In this document: in pieces, positions 24,801 to 37,155 of the stretch
Layout: the number at the start of each line of letters is the position of its first letter
How positions within the stretch are numbered: position 1 is the first letter of the stretch
Assembly: GCA_003971905.1 (NCBI GenBank)
Contig: RSEE01000084.1
Location: forward strand, 1-64,000
Direction of reading: 5' to 3'
DNA from: Moniliella sp. 'wahieum'
Taxonomy: Eukaryota
Length of the DNA stretch: 64,000 nucleotides
Notes under the pieces: generated by a model
What the model saw: the letters and a program-made list of their open reading frames with translations, nothing else
Database searches by the model: none
What the model was told of the DNA's origin: nothing
Program-made: the position numbers and the translations under genes

Positions 24801-25619
24801 GATCCTGTGCCGCGACTTTAACATGGCACCTCATCGACGGGCCGAGTTGATGCGCCACCGGCCTCTGCTGCCGGAGGAGCTTCCTGCCGTCGACGCGCCG
24901 TCTCCGCCGCTGGAAGTGGCGATCGACGCGGAGTTTGTGGCGCTCCGGCTGGAGGAGACCGAGGTGCATTCGGATGGCACCAAGTCGCTCCTCCGACCGG
25001 TGCTTCTGTCGCCGGCGCGCATCTCGGTGGTGCGTGGATGGAAGCGTCCTGGTGCGGACGAGGCGGAGGAGGAAGAGCCGTTTTTGGACGATCACATTGA
25101 GACGAGCGCGGCGGTGGTGGACTACCTGACGCAGTTCAGCGGGATCCAGCCGGGGGACCTGTCGGTGCAGACGTCGCCGCACACCTTGGTCCCGCTCAAG
25201 GTGGCGTACAAGAAGCTGCTGCGCTGGTGGACCTGGGCGCGCGGTTTATTGGGCACGGGCTGAGCAAGGACTTCCGCATCATCAACCTGTTTGTGCCGCC
25301 GGAGCAGGTGGTGGACACGGTGGACCTGTACGCTACCCGGGCGTGCACCGCAAAGTGTCGCTCAAGTTCCTCACGTGGTTCCTGCTGCGCCGCTTCATCC
25401 AGGACCGGGATAAGGACGAGGAGAAGGACGAGGCGTCGTCGTCGTCGGCGCGCGCGTCGCCGTCGTGGCGGACACGACTCGATTGAGGATGCGTCGGCGG
25501 CGCTGCAGCTGTACCGGATGTACGAGCACCTCGAGCGCTCGGGCGGGCTGCACGACGTGCTGGAGGACTTGTACGAGGCGGGGCGCCGCCTGCAGTGGCG
25601 TCCGCCGGCGCAGGAGTAG
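21859..25619 (+). CDS. PAN2: PAN2 poly(A) deadenylase catalytic subunit (WD40 + pseudo-UCH + DEDD exonuclease; intron 24020-24079; frameshifts)
   Basis: AFDPASELLW, IQYSKFGIEDFDFGLYNKTHYSGLETHI, WVLFNDFLV, VAIDAEFVAL, VVDYLTQFSGIQPGDL, FIGHGLSKDFRIIN, HDSIEDA. Confidence 0.96.
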
Positions 25620-25792
25620 CGCCAATGGGCAATCCTTAATCACTAGCTACGAGGCGGCGTGTCACAATAGCGTCGCGTAGAGGCCGCCGGGCACAGGGCC
25701 AGTGTGCGTCGTAGTCTCGCAGCTGTCCGGTTCCTGAGTCGTCGGGCGTCAGATTCAGACCCAGGCCGCAGACGCCAGCCGTGCCCACCACC

Positions 25793-27310
25793 ATGTCGTC
25801 CGCCGACGAGCTCGCCAAGCTCACGCTCGACGACGCCCAGCGCGCCAAGCCCACGCTCGACGACACCCAGCCCGCCTCGCCCGCTCGCCCGTCGTCGCGA
25901 CGGTGCGCCGGACACCGCCGCTGCCGCGGACGCCCCACCGCGCCCGACTCCCCCCCGCCCGCCCGCGCCTGCCTCGCCTAAACCCCAGGTGCTCACAAAG
26001 GAAGACGCAGCGGCCGCAGCCCCGGTGTGCCTGCGGCTGCCGACCTGCCCGCCATCCCTCCCGCGCCGGCACCCGCGCTGCCCAGAGTCCTCCGAGCCCG
26101 CCAGCCGCGACGGCAGACGAGTCGCCACTGAGCATCTTGGCGTCGATGTTCCCTGACCTACCACGGGAGACGGTGCAGGATGTGTGGCGGCTGTGGGGGA
26201 CGCGGACGAGGCGGGTGCAGTTGTTACTCTCCTTTTCGCGCACGCACATTCCGGCCGAGGAACGGGTGCGGAAACGGCGAATGACGAAGCGTTGGCGCGC
26301 GCGCTGATGTTGGAGGAACAAGAGCATGCTGCGCGTCGCGGCCCCGGTCCGGCGCCCGCTGCAGAGAGGAGGTACACGCAACCAACTTGGCGTACCAGCC
26401 GCGTGTGCGCCGCGCGCCCGGAAGCGCCCCACCCCGCGGCAAGTTCGCTTGCTGCGGCTCGGGCCGAGGATGCAGACCAAGGTCCCGATTGGGTGGACGA
26501 GTTGGACAAGTTTGCAGACAACGCGAGTCGTGTGGCCGAGGGTACGTACGGCTTGGATGGCGTGGAGACACATAAGGAAATGTGAAGGATACTGACCAGA
26601 AGGGCGGAGCGCAGAGGGATTCGCACGGGCCGTTTCGACGTTTTCGGCGCTGCGCGCGCGCGCGCAAGCGCTGGTCGAACAGAGCAAGGAGAGTTCTGGT
26701 GGCTTGGCCGGATGGCTACCTCGTCTCGACGGCGAGAGAGCGCGGAGGCAGCCCAGCCTGCATCCCACACCACCCTGTCCCCACCTACGTCCGCAACCAC
26801 GGCCCAGGCTGCGTCACCACCTGCGCCTCACGCCAACTGGGTGGCCGCCGATGCGGACCCGGTGCTGGCCCACAGCTCCGATGCCGATGCTCGTCCACTC
26901 GACACGGGGATCTGACTGCGATCACGCGTGCATCGAGTGGGCCGCGTCCCCGTGCGGACCACCTACGCCCTCCAAGGATCTGCGCTCGGCCTGGTCTCTG
27001 GACCCTGTCCAGGGGACAGAGACTGCGACCCAGCGCGCCGAGGCAAGCAAACCGTTGCCGTCGGCGCCTCGGGCCCAGGACGCTAGCCCCACGCCGCCTG
27101 CCAAGGCGTCGCCTGCTCCTGTGGGGACCAAGGGGTGAGCCAGGCTGCGGCCGGGGCAGGATCGGCGGGCGCGGCAGGCGCAGGCGCAGCAGCGCAGCAG
27201 GCGCGGCGCTCGGGGCTGGCCTGGGCGTGGCTGGGATGGACGAGAAGGACGATGATGACAACTCGGACGATTTGGAGTATGTGGCCAACCCATTTGAGGA
27301 TGAGGAGTAG
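25793..27310 (+). CDS. CUE-domain ubiquitin-binding protein (Cue5/Don1-like), probable intron near 26542-26600; frameshifts
   Basis: LSILASMFPDLPRETVQDV...AVVTLL (CUE MFP/LL motifs), followed by DEALARALMLEE and an acidic tail ending YVANPFEDEE*. Confidence 0.75.
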
Positions 27311-29369
27311 AGGGGTGAAAGGGCATGTGGACTGCGCTGCGTGGCGGTAGGACCATCTCTTTGGCAATCCAATCGTCTTCCCACCCTGTCCACGTGCGGG
27401 CTGCGGGCCGAGGGGGAGGAGTGCGTAGCTTAGCGCAGCATGCGGGGGTGGGTGGAGGCAAAGCCCCAGCTGAAGCAGTGGTGAAAGTGATATAGTCTGG
27501 CATACAGTACCTCTCCCCGCTCTCTCAGTAGCCACCAGTGCCTCTCACGATGAGAATGCGACGTTGCCCAATCTGCTCCTTTTATAGTGATGGGTTACTC
27601 CTGCACCCGCGGCACGGGGTTTTCACTCGGCCAGTTTCTCAGTACCAACCCCGTCTATAATAGGCGGGCCAGATGCAGCTTTTGCCGGGCCCACCGTTCC
27701 TGTGTCGTGAAGGAAAGCTTACCTCAGTCGTTTGGTGACGTAGCTGTGGCCTAGCTTTGGCGTTGGATATCCCGAAAGATACGCGATTCCCTTTTGAAGC
27801 GGAGCATCCGGGCACGGATATTACAGGCCATGGAAAAGGTATTTGTGCAGCACATGAAATGACCCTGCCCACTCAGTCGGTTCGCAACATCAGTTTGGAC
27901 TCCGCTGAGCCAAATCCAACCTGACCGTTCTGTTTGACACTCTCTCCCTTCACCGCTCTCCATGAGGAGTTATAACGCAAGAGGAAGGGGGCTGCGTATG
28001 CCCAGTTGGCTATCTTTGCGTTTTGAGGCGAGGAAGAACTTGGGCATCCCGGTAGGGTAGGGGCGGGACTTCCGGTGCGCATCACTGCATCTGGCACGGT
28101 TGTTGAAGAACCTTCACGGCATGATGGCGAGTGTACCTCCGCCATGGACAGTGCAGAGCCACTGACTATGATGCTGTTGTGCTCCCGCCTGACTTTTGGC
28201 TTCCTTGTTAAAGCAGCCAAGCTTCCAACGGTGCCCTTCTCTGCCCTTTGACCTTCTTTATTGCGCCGGGGAGAACTCGCTTCTGGAGAAGCGAGCACGA
28301 CAATACCCCGATGCATGCGATTGACACGCGGCACGAATCGGAGTACAGACACTTGTGGTAGCTTAATGTGCTACTATGCCCGAGATGGATCACGCCCATT
28401 CTGTCCTGGTGCTCCACCAGGCACATGTTCCACCCGTATGTGGACCCTTTCGCCTACCTTGCCAAGGAATCCACACCCACATCCACACCTCTAGGGTCTA
28501 CCGCAACAGGAGATAAGAGTGTTAACTCTGTCCATGCAGTGCTGGCTAGTAGTCTCCCACCCAGTTGAAGACGAGAGGACACCCACCTGGCAGGGAAGAC
28601 CCTTCCCTCCTGGGCTGTGCCCAGCCGGTGCGCAGGATAAGAAAGAAAAGGATGCGACAGCAAGTGTCAGGGAGCGCGTATTGGCGCTGGAGATCCAAAC
28701 TGGGGTGTTTCCTTGGATCCTGTAGCAAGCAAAAAAGCAGTTGGAGCCCAGAGAGTCCGATGCGTTCGCAAGGGAGCAAGACAAGCCACTGCCTCTGAGA
28801 TCTGATCTGAGATCTGACGGGCTCTTACTGGTCAATATTCAATCTACAAGCGCACTTTGTCAGATATGCCTCTCTCCGACCGCACGTCTGATTGCTGGTT
28901 CGGTTCCCCATGGGGCAGAGCCAGGCGGTGTGCTTCCCTCCTCCCGGCTGCAGCCTGCCGCTGCGGGCCGACGTGCTTTGCGAAAGGACGGGGCAGCCGA
29001 CGCCCATGCTTGATCACGTGCGGCGGCGGGGCGAGGGCGCAGCGCCCAGGCCGAAAAAAAACACGCGCGACGTACACTGCCCCCTGCCAGCGCGTTGCCT
29101 TCGCACCACGCCACTGTGCGGCTGGGGCGCTGCCCGCATGCCAGCAGGGACATCAACACGAGGCGCCAGACTGCCGCTGCGCCCGCGCCGGTGCAGCGCG
29201 GCTGCCGCACCCGGGCAGTCTCCGCCGCGTGGCCGCGTGTGCGCGCGACCGCGTTGGCCCCGTTGGCCCGATGGCGCCGGTGCGGTTGGCGGTGCTCTTG
29301 GCCTCCTGCTACCACCAAGTGCTCTCCCCCCCCCCCCCGCCCCCCCGCCCTCCCCTTCCTCCACCAACC

Positions 29370-30870
29370 ATGCGTGAAATCGTGCACCTGCAGACCGGCC
29401 AGTGCGGCAACCAGGTCGGCACCAAGTTCTGGGAGTGCTCTCGGACGAGCACGGCATCGACGGCACGGGCGCCTACGTTGGCTCCTCGCCTCTCCAGCTG
29501 GAACGGATCGACGTGTACTAGTACGTTGGCTCTCCCTGTCTCTGTCCCTGTCTCTGTCCCTGTCTCTGTCCCTCTGCCTTTGCTCTGCGGGCGCTCGTGC
29601 GCCTGCCTGCTTGTTCGCTTTGCTCTATCTGCCTTGGCTTGCTGGACTAACCGTGTTGCCCTTAGCAACGAGGCGAGCAATGCGCGCTTTGTGCCGCGTG
29701 CGGTGTTGGTCGACCTGGAGCCCGGTACGATGGACTCGATTCGGTCGGGCCAGATGGGCGGTCTGTTCCGGCCGGACAACTTTGTGTTTGGCCAGTCGGG
29801 TGCCGGGAACAACTGGGCCAAGGGCCACTACACTGAGGGTGCCGAGCTGGTGGACTCGGTGTTGGATGTGGTGCGCAAGGAGGCGGAATCGTGCGACATG
29901 CTGCAGGGCTTCCAGATCACCCACTCGTTGGGCGGTGGTACGGGTGCCGGGATGGGCACCCTGCTCATCTCCAAGATCCGCGAAGAGTTCCCGGACCGGA
30001 TGATGGCCACCTTCTCGGTGCTGCCTTCGCCCAAGGTGTCGGACACGGTGGTGGAGCCGTACAATGCGACCTTGTCGGTGCACCAGCTGGTGGAGAACTC
30101 GGACGAGACGTTCTGCATTGACAACGAGGCCCTGTACGACATTTTGCTTCCCCACGCTCAAGCTCAAGGCCCCGGGGTACGATGACCTCAACCACCACCT
30201 CGTCTCGCTCGTCATGTCGGGCATCACCACCTGCCTTCGTTTCCCGGGCCAACTCAACTCGGACCTGCGTAAGCTGGCGGTCAACATGGTCCCCTTCCCG
30301 CGTCTGCACTTTTTCATGGTCGGCTTTGCCCCGCTCACCGCGCGTGGCCAGCAGTACCGTGCGGTTACCGTGCCGGAGCTGACGCAGCAGATGTTTGAGA
30401 GCAAGAACATGATGGCCGCGGCCGACCCGCGCCACGGGCGTACCTGACCGTGGCTGCCTACTTCCGTGGCAAGGTGTCGATGAAGGAGGTGGAGGACCAG
30501 ATGCAGGCGACGCAGGCCAAGAACGCTCCTACTTTGTCGAGTGATCCCGAACAAATGTGCAGACGGCGCATTGCGACATTGCCCCGCGCGAATGAAGATG
30601 GCAGTGACGTTTATTGGCAACACGACGGCGATCCAGGACCTGTTCAAGCGCATCTCGGAGCAGTTCTCGGCCATGTTCCGCCGCAAGGCGTTCTTGCATT
30701 GGTACACCTCCGAAGGCATGGACGAGCTCGAGTTTACCGAGGCCGAGTCCAACCTCAGGACCTCGTGTCGGAGTACCAGCAGTACGCCGAGGCCGGGATC
30801 GACGATGGCGAGGAGTACCTCGAGGACGAGGAGGGCGAGTACGAGCAGGAGGCCGAGGCTGAGTTTTTAA
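29370..30870 (+). CDS. TUB2: Beta-tubulin (intron 29521-29665; frameshifts)
   Basis: [73 protein letters not shown], acidic tail. Confidence 0.98.
29533..29573 (+). repeat. 12-bp (CCCTGTCTCTGT)n repeat inside the beta-tubulin intron
   Basis: About three and a half copies, directly visible. Confidence 0.85.
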
Positions 30871-31337
30871 GTGCCAAGCCTGCGAATGTGCTTGCGTTGT
30901 GATTTGCGATCGTTCCCGTCCCGCCCCTCGTCCTGGTTTGAACCACCAGTCCCTCACTCGTTGCTGGTGTCTTGTTGTTCTTCCGTGCTTTATCGCTCCT
31001 GGTCGTGCTTCGTCTTCTGACCCCCTTAGTTTTTTTCCCCCCGCCTGATGCTCCTTTTGTCCAGGCGTGTGCTTGCGTCGAATACGATGTGCTGTGCTTA
31101 GTAGCTGGTTGGGTGTGGGCGATAGGCGTGTGGTGGGGGTGTGGCCGTGCGGAGCAGTCATTAGTCAAGGCGGTCGCCGGGACAGCGTGGCAGTCACGTG
31201 ATGGCGGGGGCTGCTGCGCAAGCGGGCGACGAGCGACTAGTGAGCGTCGCCAGCCGGAAAGCCCAGGCGGCTGCTGGGACGAGTAAACACAGCTGCAACC
31301 ACCACCCGGTGCCGCCTGTGCCCCCCGCCCTCCCGCC

Positions 31338-32213
31338 ATGGCAGCGCCCCTCTGCCGCCGGCGTACGACGCGGCCTACCCCTCCCCCCAGCCCTCGTCCA
31401 GTGCGGCCGAGTACGTGGCCAGTCCCGCCACCTACGCCTCCAGCAGCCGGCCTGCCGCCCGCCCGTCGGCCGCGCACGCTTCCCACCGGCGCCGCGCCCC
31501 GCGTGCTGGCGCGGCGCACGAGGACCCGCTGGACCTGCTGCGCGGGTTTGATACGGTGCTGGTGGTGGACGATAGTGCGTCGATGCAGCTTGCGGATGCG
31601 CAGGGCGTCACGCGGTGGCAAGGCGCGCGATGCGCTGTCGGGTCTCACGGCGCTGGTGGCGAGCAAAGACCCCGATGGGATTGATGTGTATTTTCTCAAC
31701 TCGGACCGCTCGTGCGCAACTGCACCGATCCCAACCAGGTGCGTGCGTTGTTCGACAGTGTCTGTCCGGACGGCGCCACGCCCACGGGCGGCCGCTGGAA
31801 GAGCTGGTGATGGAGTACCTGGATGCGGTGCAGCTGGTGCGGGAGCACAAGCTGGCCCGGCGGCCGCTGCCGGCGGGCATGCACGGATGCGGAAACGCAA
31901 CTATGTAGTGATTACTGATGGGGCGCCAACGGACGAGTTGGAAGATGTGTTGTTGTCGCTGGCGCAGCGCTTGGACCAGGACCGTCTACCGCTTTCGCAG
32001 CTCGGTTTCTCCTTTATCCAAGTCGGCGACGATCAAGAGGCGGGCACGTTTTTGCGCCACCTCGATGACTCGCTTTCCTCCGAACAACATGTTCGCGATA
32101 TCGTCGATACCACACCGTGCAGCGGCATGGCCTTGTCGTTCGATCTGATTGTCAAATCCCTCTTGGGCGGCATCAACCGCAGGTTTGACCGCATGTCCAA
32201 CCAGCTTACCTGA
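31338..32213 (+). CDS. Fungal von Willebrand factor A (vWA) domain protein (frameshifts)
   Basis: DTVLVVDDSASM (MIDAS DxSxS), DPDGIDVYFLN, ATPTG, YVVITDGAPTD, FIQVGDD...FLRHLDD. Confidence 0.85.
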   Translation: MAAPLCRRRTTRPTPPPSPRPVRPSTWPVPPPTPPAAGLPPARRPRTLPTGAAPRVLARRTRTRWTCCAGLIRCWWWTIVRRCSLRMRRASRGGKARDALSGLTALVASKDPDGIDVYFLNSDRSCATAPIPTRCVRCSTVSVRTAPRPRAAAGRAGDGVPGCGAAGAGAQAGPAAAAGGHARMRKRNYVVITDGAPTDELEDVLLSLAQRLDQDRLPLSQLGFSFIQVGDDQEAGTFLRHLDDSLSSEQHVRDIVDTTPCSGMALSFDLIVKSLLGGINRRFDRMSNQLT

Positions 32214-32718
32214 TGAATGGAATGGACGTTGGCCTAGCCTCGCCAAGCTCGCCTCGTGCCATGACGTGGTGGCAGCGAGCAGCGTGCTTGGCTCTGCTAG
32301 GGAAATGGGTTGGTTCAGCGGTTCAGCGTCTCAGCGGTTTGGGAGGCAAACCGAAACCCAGATTGTAGGAGGGGGGGTCTTGTTGTCCAACCCGGCCCCA
32401 TTCGTCGGTCTGCCATGATTGAAAGGTGATGCGCCGCGACTGGATTGCGTGCACAACCAACCATACAAAGCCACAGTCCGTTCTATTCTTACGTAGTTGG
32501 CAGTACCCTCGCTCGAGGCGAGCACGGGCCTATGACGAACGTACCGTGTGCTATTTTCGCTTCCGGCCGGTCCGCTTCCGCTCCGGCCGAGCGTCGGCCG
32601 TGCCGACCAGGAATCAATCATGAATCCATCATGTGTGCCATCTGGGAGGGCGACGCAAACGAATGCAATAAGGAAGGAATCAGGTGATCAGGTGATGTAC
32701 AAAAGAAAAGGGTAAGGT

Positions 32719-33714
32719 TTACTCGTCCTCGGCCTCTTCCACTGTAGCCGCCTTTTGGCCCGTTCCGGCAGCCGTGACTGCCGGCGGCGTGGGACCATCA
32801 GCCTTGCCCTGAGCTTGTGCTTGTGCTCGCGCCTCCATATGCGCCGCACGCATTTGATCCAGCATCGCCAGCAGCGGCGGGGGCAGTCGGCCCCCATTGG
32901 CCGCAGCGATCGCAGGCAGCATCTGTGGTACAATCCTCCCTCCTGTCGCTTGCATCGCAGCGGCGACTTGAGGCGGCAGGTTGAATTTGACCTGCGGTCC
33001 CGGAGCCGGGGCCCATAGCAGACGGGGCGGAGGCCCCCACCTGGATCTGCGTCCCGGGGAGTGAAGAGCGGAGGAAGCGGCATCCTGGGCCGCGGAATGC
33101 TCTTGCCACTCGATTCGATTTGGTTTTCTGGGTGGTCAGGGTTAGTACCGCAGGCGGGTGCAAACGACGCAGGACTCGCAGAGACGACGCACTCATTTCC
33201 TCTCGCTTGGCGGGGATGGCAAAGTACGTCTCTTTGATCTTGAGATGGCTAACCATCTCGTTGGCTTGCTGGAACAGTACTTGTCCCCAGCCTGGGTGGA
33301 AGAGTTTGCTTCAGACACCGTGTCCAGCAGCTCTGCCTCCAGCTCCTTCTCGGCCAGAGCAAAGCGTTCGGCCGTCACGTCGCCCAGGCTGCCGCGCTGG
33401 AGGAGGGTGGCGAGCGCGTTCTTGTCCTCCCTCATCCGGCGCAGACGGCGCACATCCGCCATGGCCCGGTTCAGGAGCGCGGCACGGAGCACCTTTTCGG
33501 GGACACGGGGCTTGTCCTCCTCCTGTGCGACGCATCGGCCGCGACAAGCGTCTGGTAAATGTCGCGCTCGGGATGGCCGCCGACAAACCAAGGCTGGGCC
33601 GTGGCATCGGCGGCGAGGCGGCCGGCGGCGCGGCGGGTGGATGCGGCTGAAGGAGCTGAGGGCGGCTACGAGGAGGACAATGTACGCCAGCGGCACATAC
33701 AGGGGCAGCGCCAT
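32719..33714 (-). CDS. SEC66: Sec62/63 complex subunit Sec66 (Sec71) (intron 33128-33192; frameshifts)
   Basis: N-terminal TM segment LYVPLAYIVLLVAALSSFS; HPERDIY; VLRAALLNRAMADVRR...DKNALATLLQRGSLGD; EKELEAEL...EAN.FHPGWGQVLFQQANEM. Confidence 0.85.
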
Positions 33715-34139
33715 GGTGGGGAGCTGCGACGGGGTGGGGCCAGGGGTGGTGGTGGTGGTGGTGGCTCTCCCTCTCTCTCTCGACACGCCACGTGGAATTC
33801 CGAGGCACCCCCGGCGGAACGCGCGGCGGAATGGCGGCCGGGGGCGCTGCGAGCAGGTGGCGCCGAGGGGCCGCGGGGCGTACGTAAGCGGACGCGGTGC
33901 GTGGGCCGGCGTGACGTGGAGGGCGCAGACGTGTGGTGCGCGCACGGCCGCCCCGTGATGATCGGCGCTGGCGGGGGTTTCAGCACGAGCACGACGTGTG
34001 ATGGGACGTGTGACGTTCAGCTTCGCCTTCGCGTGACCCTTCAATTGGAGCTTCAAGCTTCACCCGTGGCGCCGAAGCATCAAGCAGCAGCCGCCATCTC
34101 CCCTGCCGCCCCCTCGCCGCCCGACCTGCCTGGTGGGGC

Positions 34140-36560
34140 ATGCAGCAATGAAGAGCTTCAAGAAGGCCATGGCGCTTTCGCGCTCCAAGAGCGACGCCAA
34201 GCAGACCCCCCCCGCCGACCCCCGCCCGCGCCCGCCGCCGCCTCCGCGCCCGCCGTCCCCGCTACCCCTCGGGCAGCAGCGCCAGCCGTACGCCGTCGCT
34301 GCGGTCCCTCAAGAGCACCGGCTCCAACACGCTGCCCAAGGAGAGCCGGCGCTCGAATGGCGCGACTCCCGCCGCCTCTGCGCCCGCGCCCGCCATGCAG
34401 ACGCCGGCCTCGGCCCAGGACAACCCGCCGCCCGCGCCCCCAAGGAATCCAAGTCGTCCCGCTCTGGGCGCAAAAGTGGCACGTCTTCTGCTTCTTCGTC
34501 CGCCTCGCCATCCGGCTCTGTTGGGCGCGTAGCGCCGCCGGAGCGCGCCACTCCTGCGGCGCCTTCGGTGCTGACGCCTGGCACACCCGCTGGTGCAGCC
34601 GCTTCTCCGGTCAACGCGACTGGCATCCGTCCTTCCGCCGCTGCCCATGCCTACCTCGGCCCCAGAATGGGCGGGAGGGAGTGGAGCGCGGGCCTGGGAA
34701 AGAAGGATCGCAAGTGCTCGGTGGTGGGCATGCGATTGGCGGAGCACCGGCTGCCGGGTCGGGGATGGTGGGGTCGCCAACGCCGCTGTCGCAGCAACGC
34801 CCAAGGACATTCTGCCCGGTACGGCGGTCAAGACGCCTCCGCGGAAACAACGCAGCAGTCGGATGAATGTGTCGCATGGAGCGTGGGACCCGGCGATGCT
34901 CGGTCTCCCGCCCGGCTCGTCCGCCGCAGGACCTGGAGAAACTTCCGGCGTTTGTCGAGGTGGTTCCGGCAGACCGACAACAACTGTTTATTCGCAAGCT
35001 GCGCCAATGCTGTGTCGTGTTTGACTTTGACGATCCCACGAGCGACATGCAGGGCAAGCAGGTCAAGGCTGCCACGCTACATGAGCTGCTCGAGTACATC
35101 ACCACCACAAGGGGGTCATTACCGATGGCATCTACCCCGAAGTGATCAACATGTTTGCTGCCAACCTGTTCCGTACCATTCCGCCTGGGTACAACCTGGC
35201 TCAAGCTGCGGCCAGCCGCGCGTTGCGCGCCAACCCGATCGCCACTGACTTTGCTACAACCCGCTGGACGAGTCGACGGACTTGGCGCCGCTCGCGTCCG
35301 AGACGCGCGGGGGCCCGCCGTCGCCGGCGGCGCTGCTCTATGGCGGAGGCAACGTTGGTGAGGGCGCGTATGATCCGGAGGAGGACGAGCCGAGCTTGGA
35401 GCCGGCCTGGCCGCATCTGCAAGTGGTGTATGAGTTCTTTTTGCGGTTTGTCGAGTCGCCCGAGTTCCAAACGTCGCTGGCCAAGCGGTACATTAATCCG
35501 CCGTTTGTGCTGCAGCTGTTGGAGTTGTTTGATTCAGAGGATCCGAGAGAACGCGACTTTCTCAAGACGACGCTGCATCGCATCTATGGCAAGTTTCTCA
35601 ACCTGCGTGCGTTTATCCGTCGCTCCATCAATCACGTCTTTTTTGCGTTTCTGTACGAGACGGAGCGGTTCAATGGGATTGCCGAGCTGCTGGAAATCTT
35701 GGGGTCGATCATCAACGGGTTTGCCTTACCGCTCAAGCAGGAACACAAGGTCTTTTTGGCCCGGGTCCTGGTCCCGCTCCACAAGGCGCGCAGCTTATCG
35801 CTCTACTACCATCCTCAGTTGGCCTACTGTGTTGTGCAGTTCCTCGAGAAGGACCCGAGCTTGACGTCGCCAGTGGTGCTGGGTCTGCTGCGGTACTGGC
35901 CCAAGATCAACTCGCCCAAGGAGGTCATGTTTCTCAATGAGACCGAGGAGATTCTGGATGCGATGGACCCGAGCGAATTTAGCAAGGTGGCCACCCCGCT
36001 CTTTACCCAACTTGCCCGCTGCATTGACTCACCGCACTTTCAAGTGGCCGAGCGCACGCTCTACCTGTGGAACAATGAGTACATTGTATCGCTCCTGTCT
36101 GACCACATTGAGCAAGTCTTGCCGCTCGTCTTTGCCGTCTTGTACCGCAACGCGCGCCACCACTGGAACAAGACCATCCACCAACTCGCGCGCAACGCGC
36201 TCGGATGAGCGTCGAGGTCAACCCGGCGCTGGTGGAATCGCTGACGGCCGCGTACCGCATGCAGCGCCTCGCCGAGCGCCAGGTACACATGGACAAGGAC
36301 AAAGCGTGGGCCCAAGTGCGGAGAAAAGCACTGGGCGAAGCACAAGCGCGGAACGTGCCGCCGCCGCGCCAGTTGCGCGAAGACCTCAAGAACCCCCCTT
36401 CCTCCCTCGACGTGTACCTCGAGCAGCGACGCCTGGCCCATCCCAAGGGCGATCCCTCCGACTCGGACTCGTCGGACGATTACTTTTTGACGACGAGGCG
36501 GACCCGACGGGCCTCGCCATGGACTTGCCTGAAGGTCAGGGGTACGTGTACCCAGCCTAA
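34140..36560 (+). CDS. RTS1: PP2A regulatory subunit B' (B56) (frameshifts; start approximate)
   Basis: [95 protein letters not shown]. Confidence 0.95.
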
Positions 36561-37155
36561 GCTAATGCTCGATGCAGTTGAACGCCGCGGTGCACTTTGC
36601 CCCCCCACCCCCCCCTTTTGCTTGGTTCTCCGTTTCGGCCCCGCCTCTGGCCCATCTGTCTCGTCTCTGTCTGTCGCCGCGCTGCCGGAAGGGGCGCGGA
36701 CGTTGTCTGGCTGTCATGGCGTCCTGAAGTGTGTTTTTTCTAGCTTTGGATGGGAGACTATTAGGTGCGATGTATGATGGAGGAGGCAGAATACTAGAGT
36801 CTGGCATGCGCAGGGAAAAGGTATGGGTAGGTGCCAGCAGGGGCGGGTGTGGAGGCGGCATGATGCATGAATGCCGAGGGGCCAAGAGCGGTGGGACCGG
36901 GGGGCGGAGATGGGCAAAGGCGGGCGCGGCACGAGGACAGACAAGCAGGGTGGTTATGGATGTGACGGCGCGTGCGGTGTGCTGCTGCGGCCCACGTGGT
37001 CTGCTTCCTAGTGATAAGCGGATCGCCGCGGCTTGCGGCGCTCTGGGCTTGGATGCGCGTCGCACCACCGCAGCTGCGCAGCGTCGGCCGCTGCCACACC
37101 TGCGTGTATGCCGCCCTCTCCACCTCACCCCCACTGCACGCCCACGCCCTAGCCC

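Noticed and set aside
27540..28780. Possible small gene or element between the CUE gene and beta-tubulin
   Set aside because: Composition differs from the flanking genes, but no domain, termini or second copy could be identified in the window.
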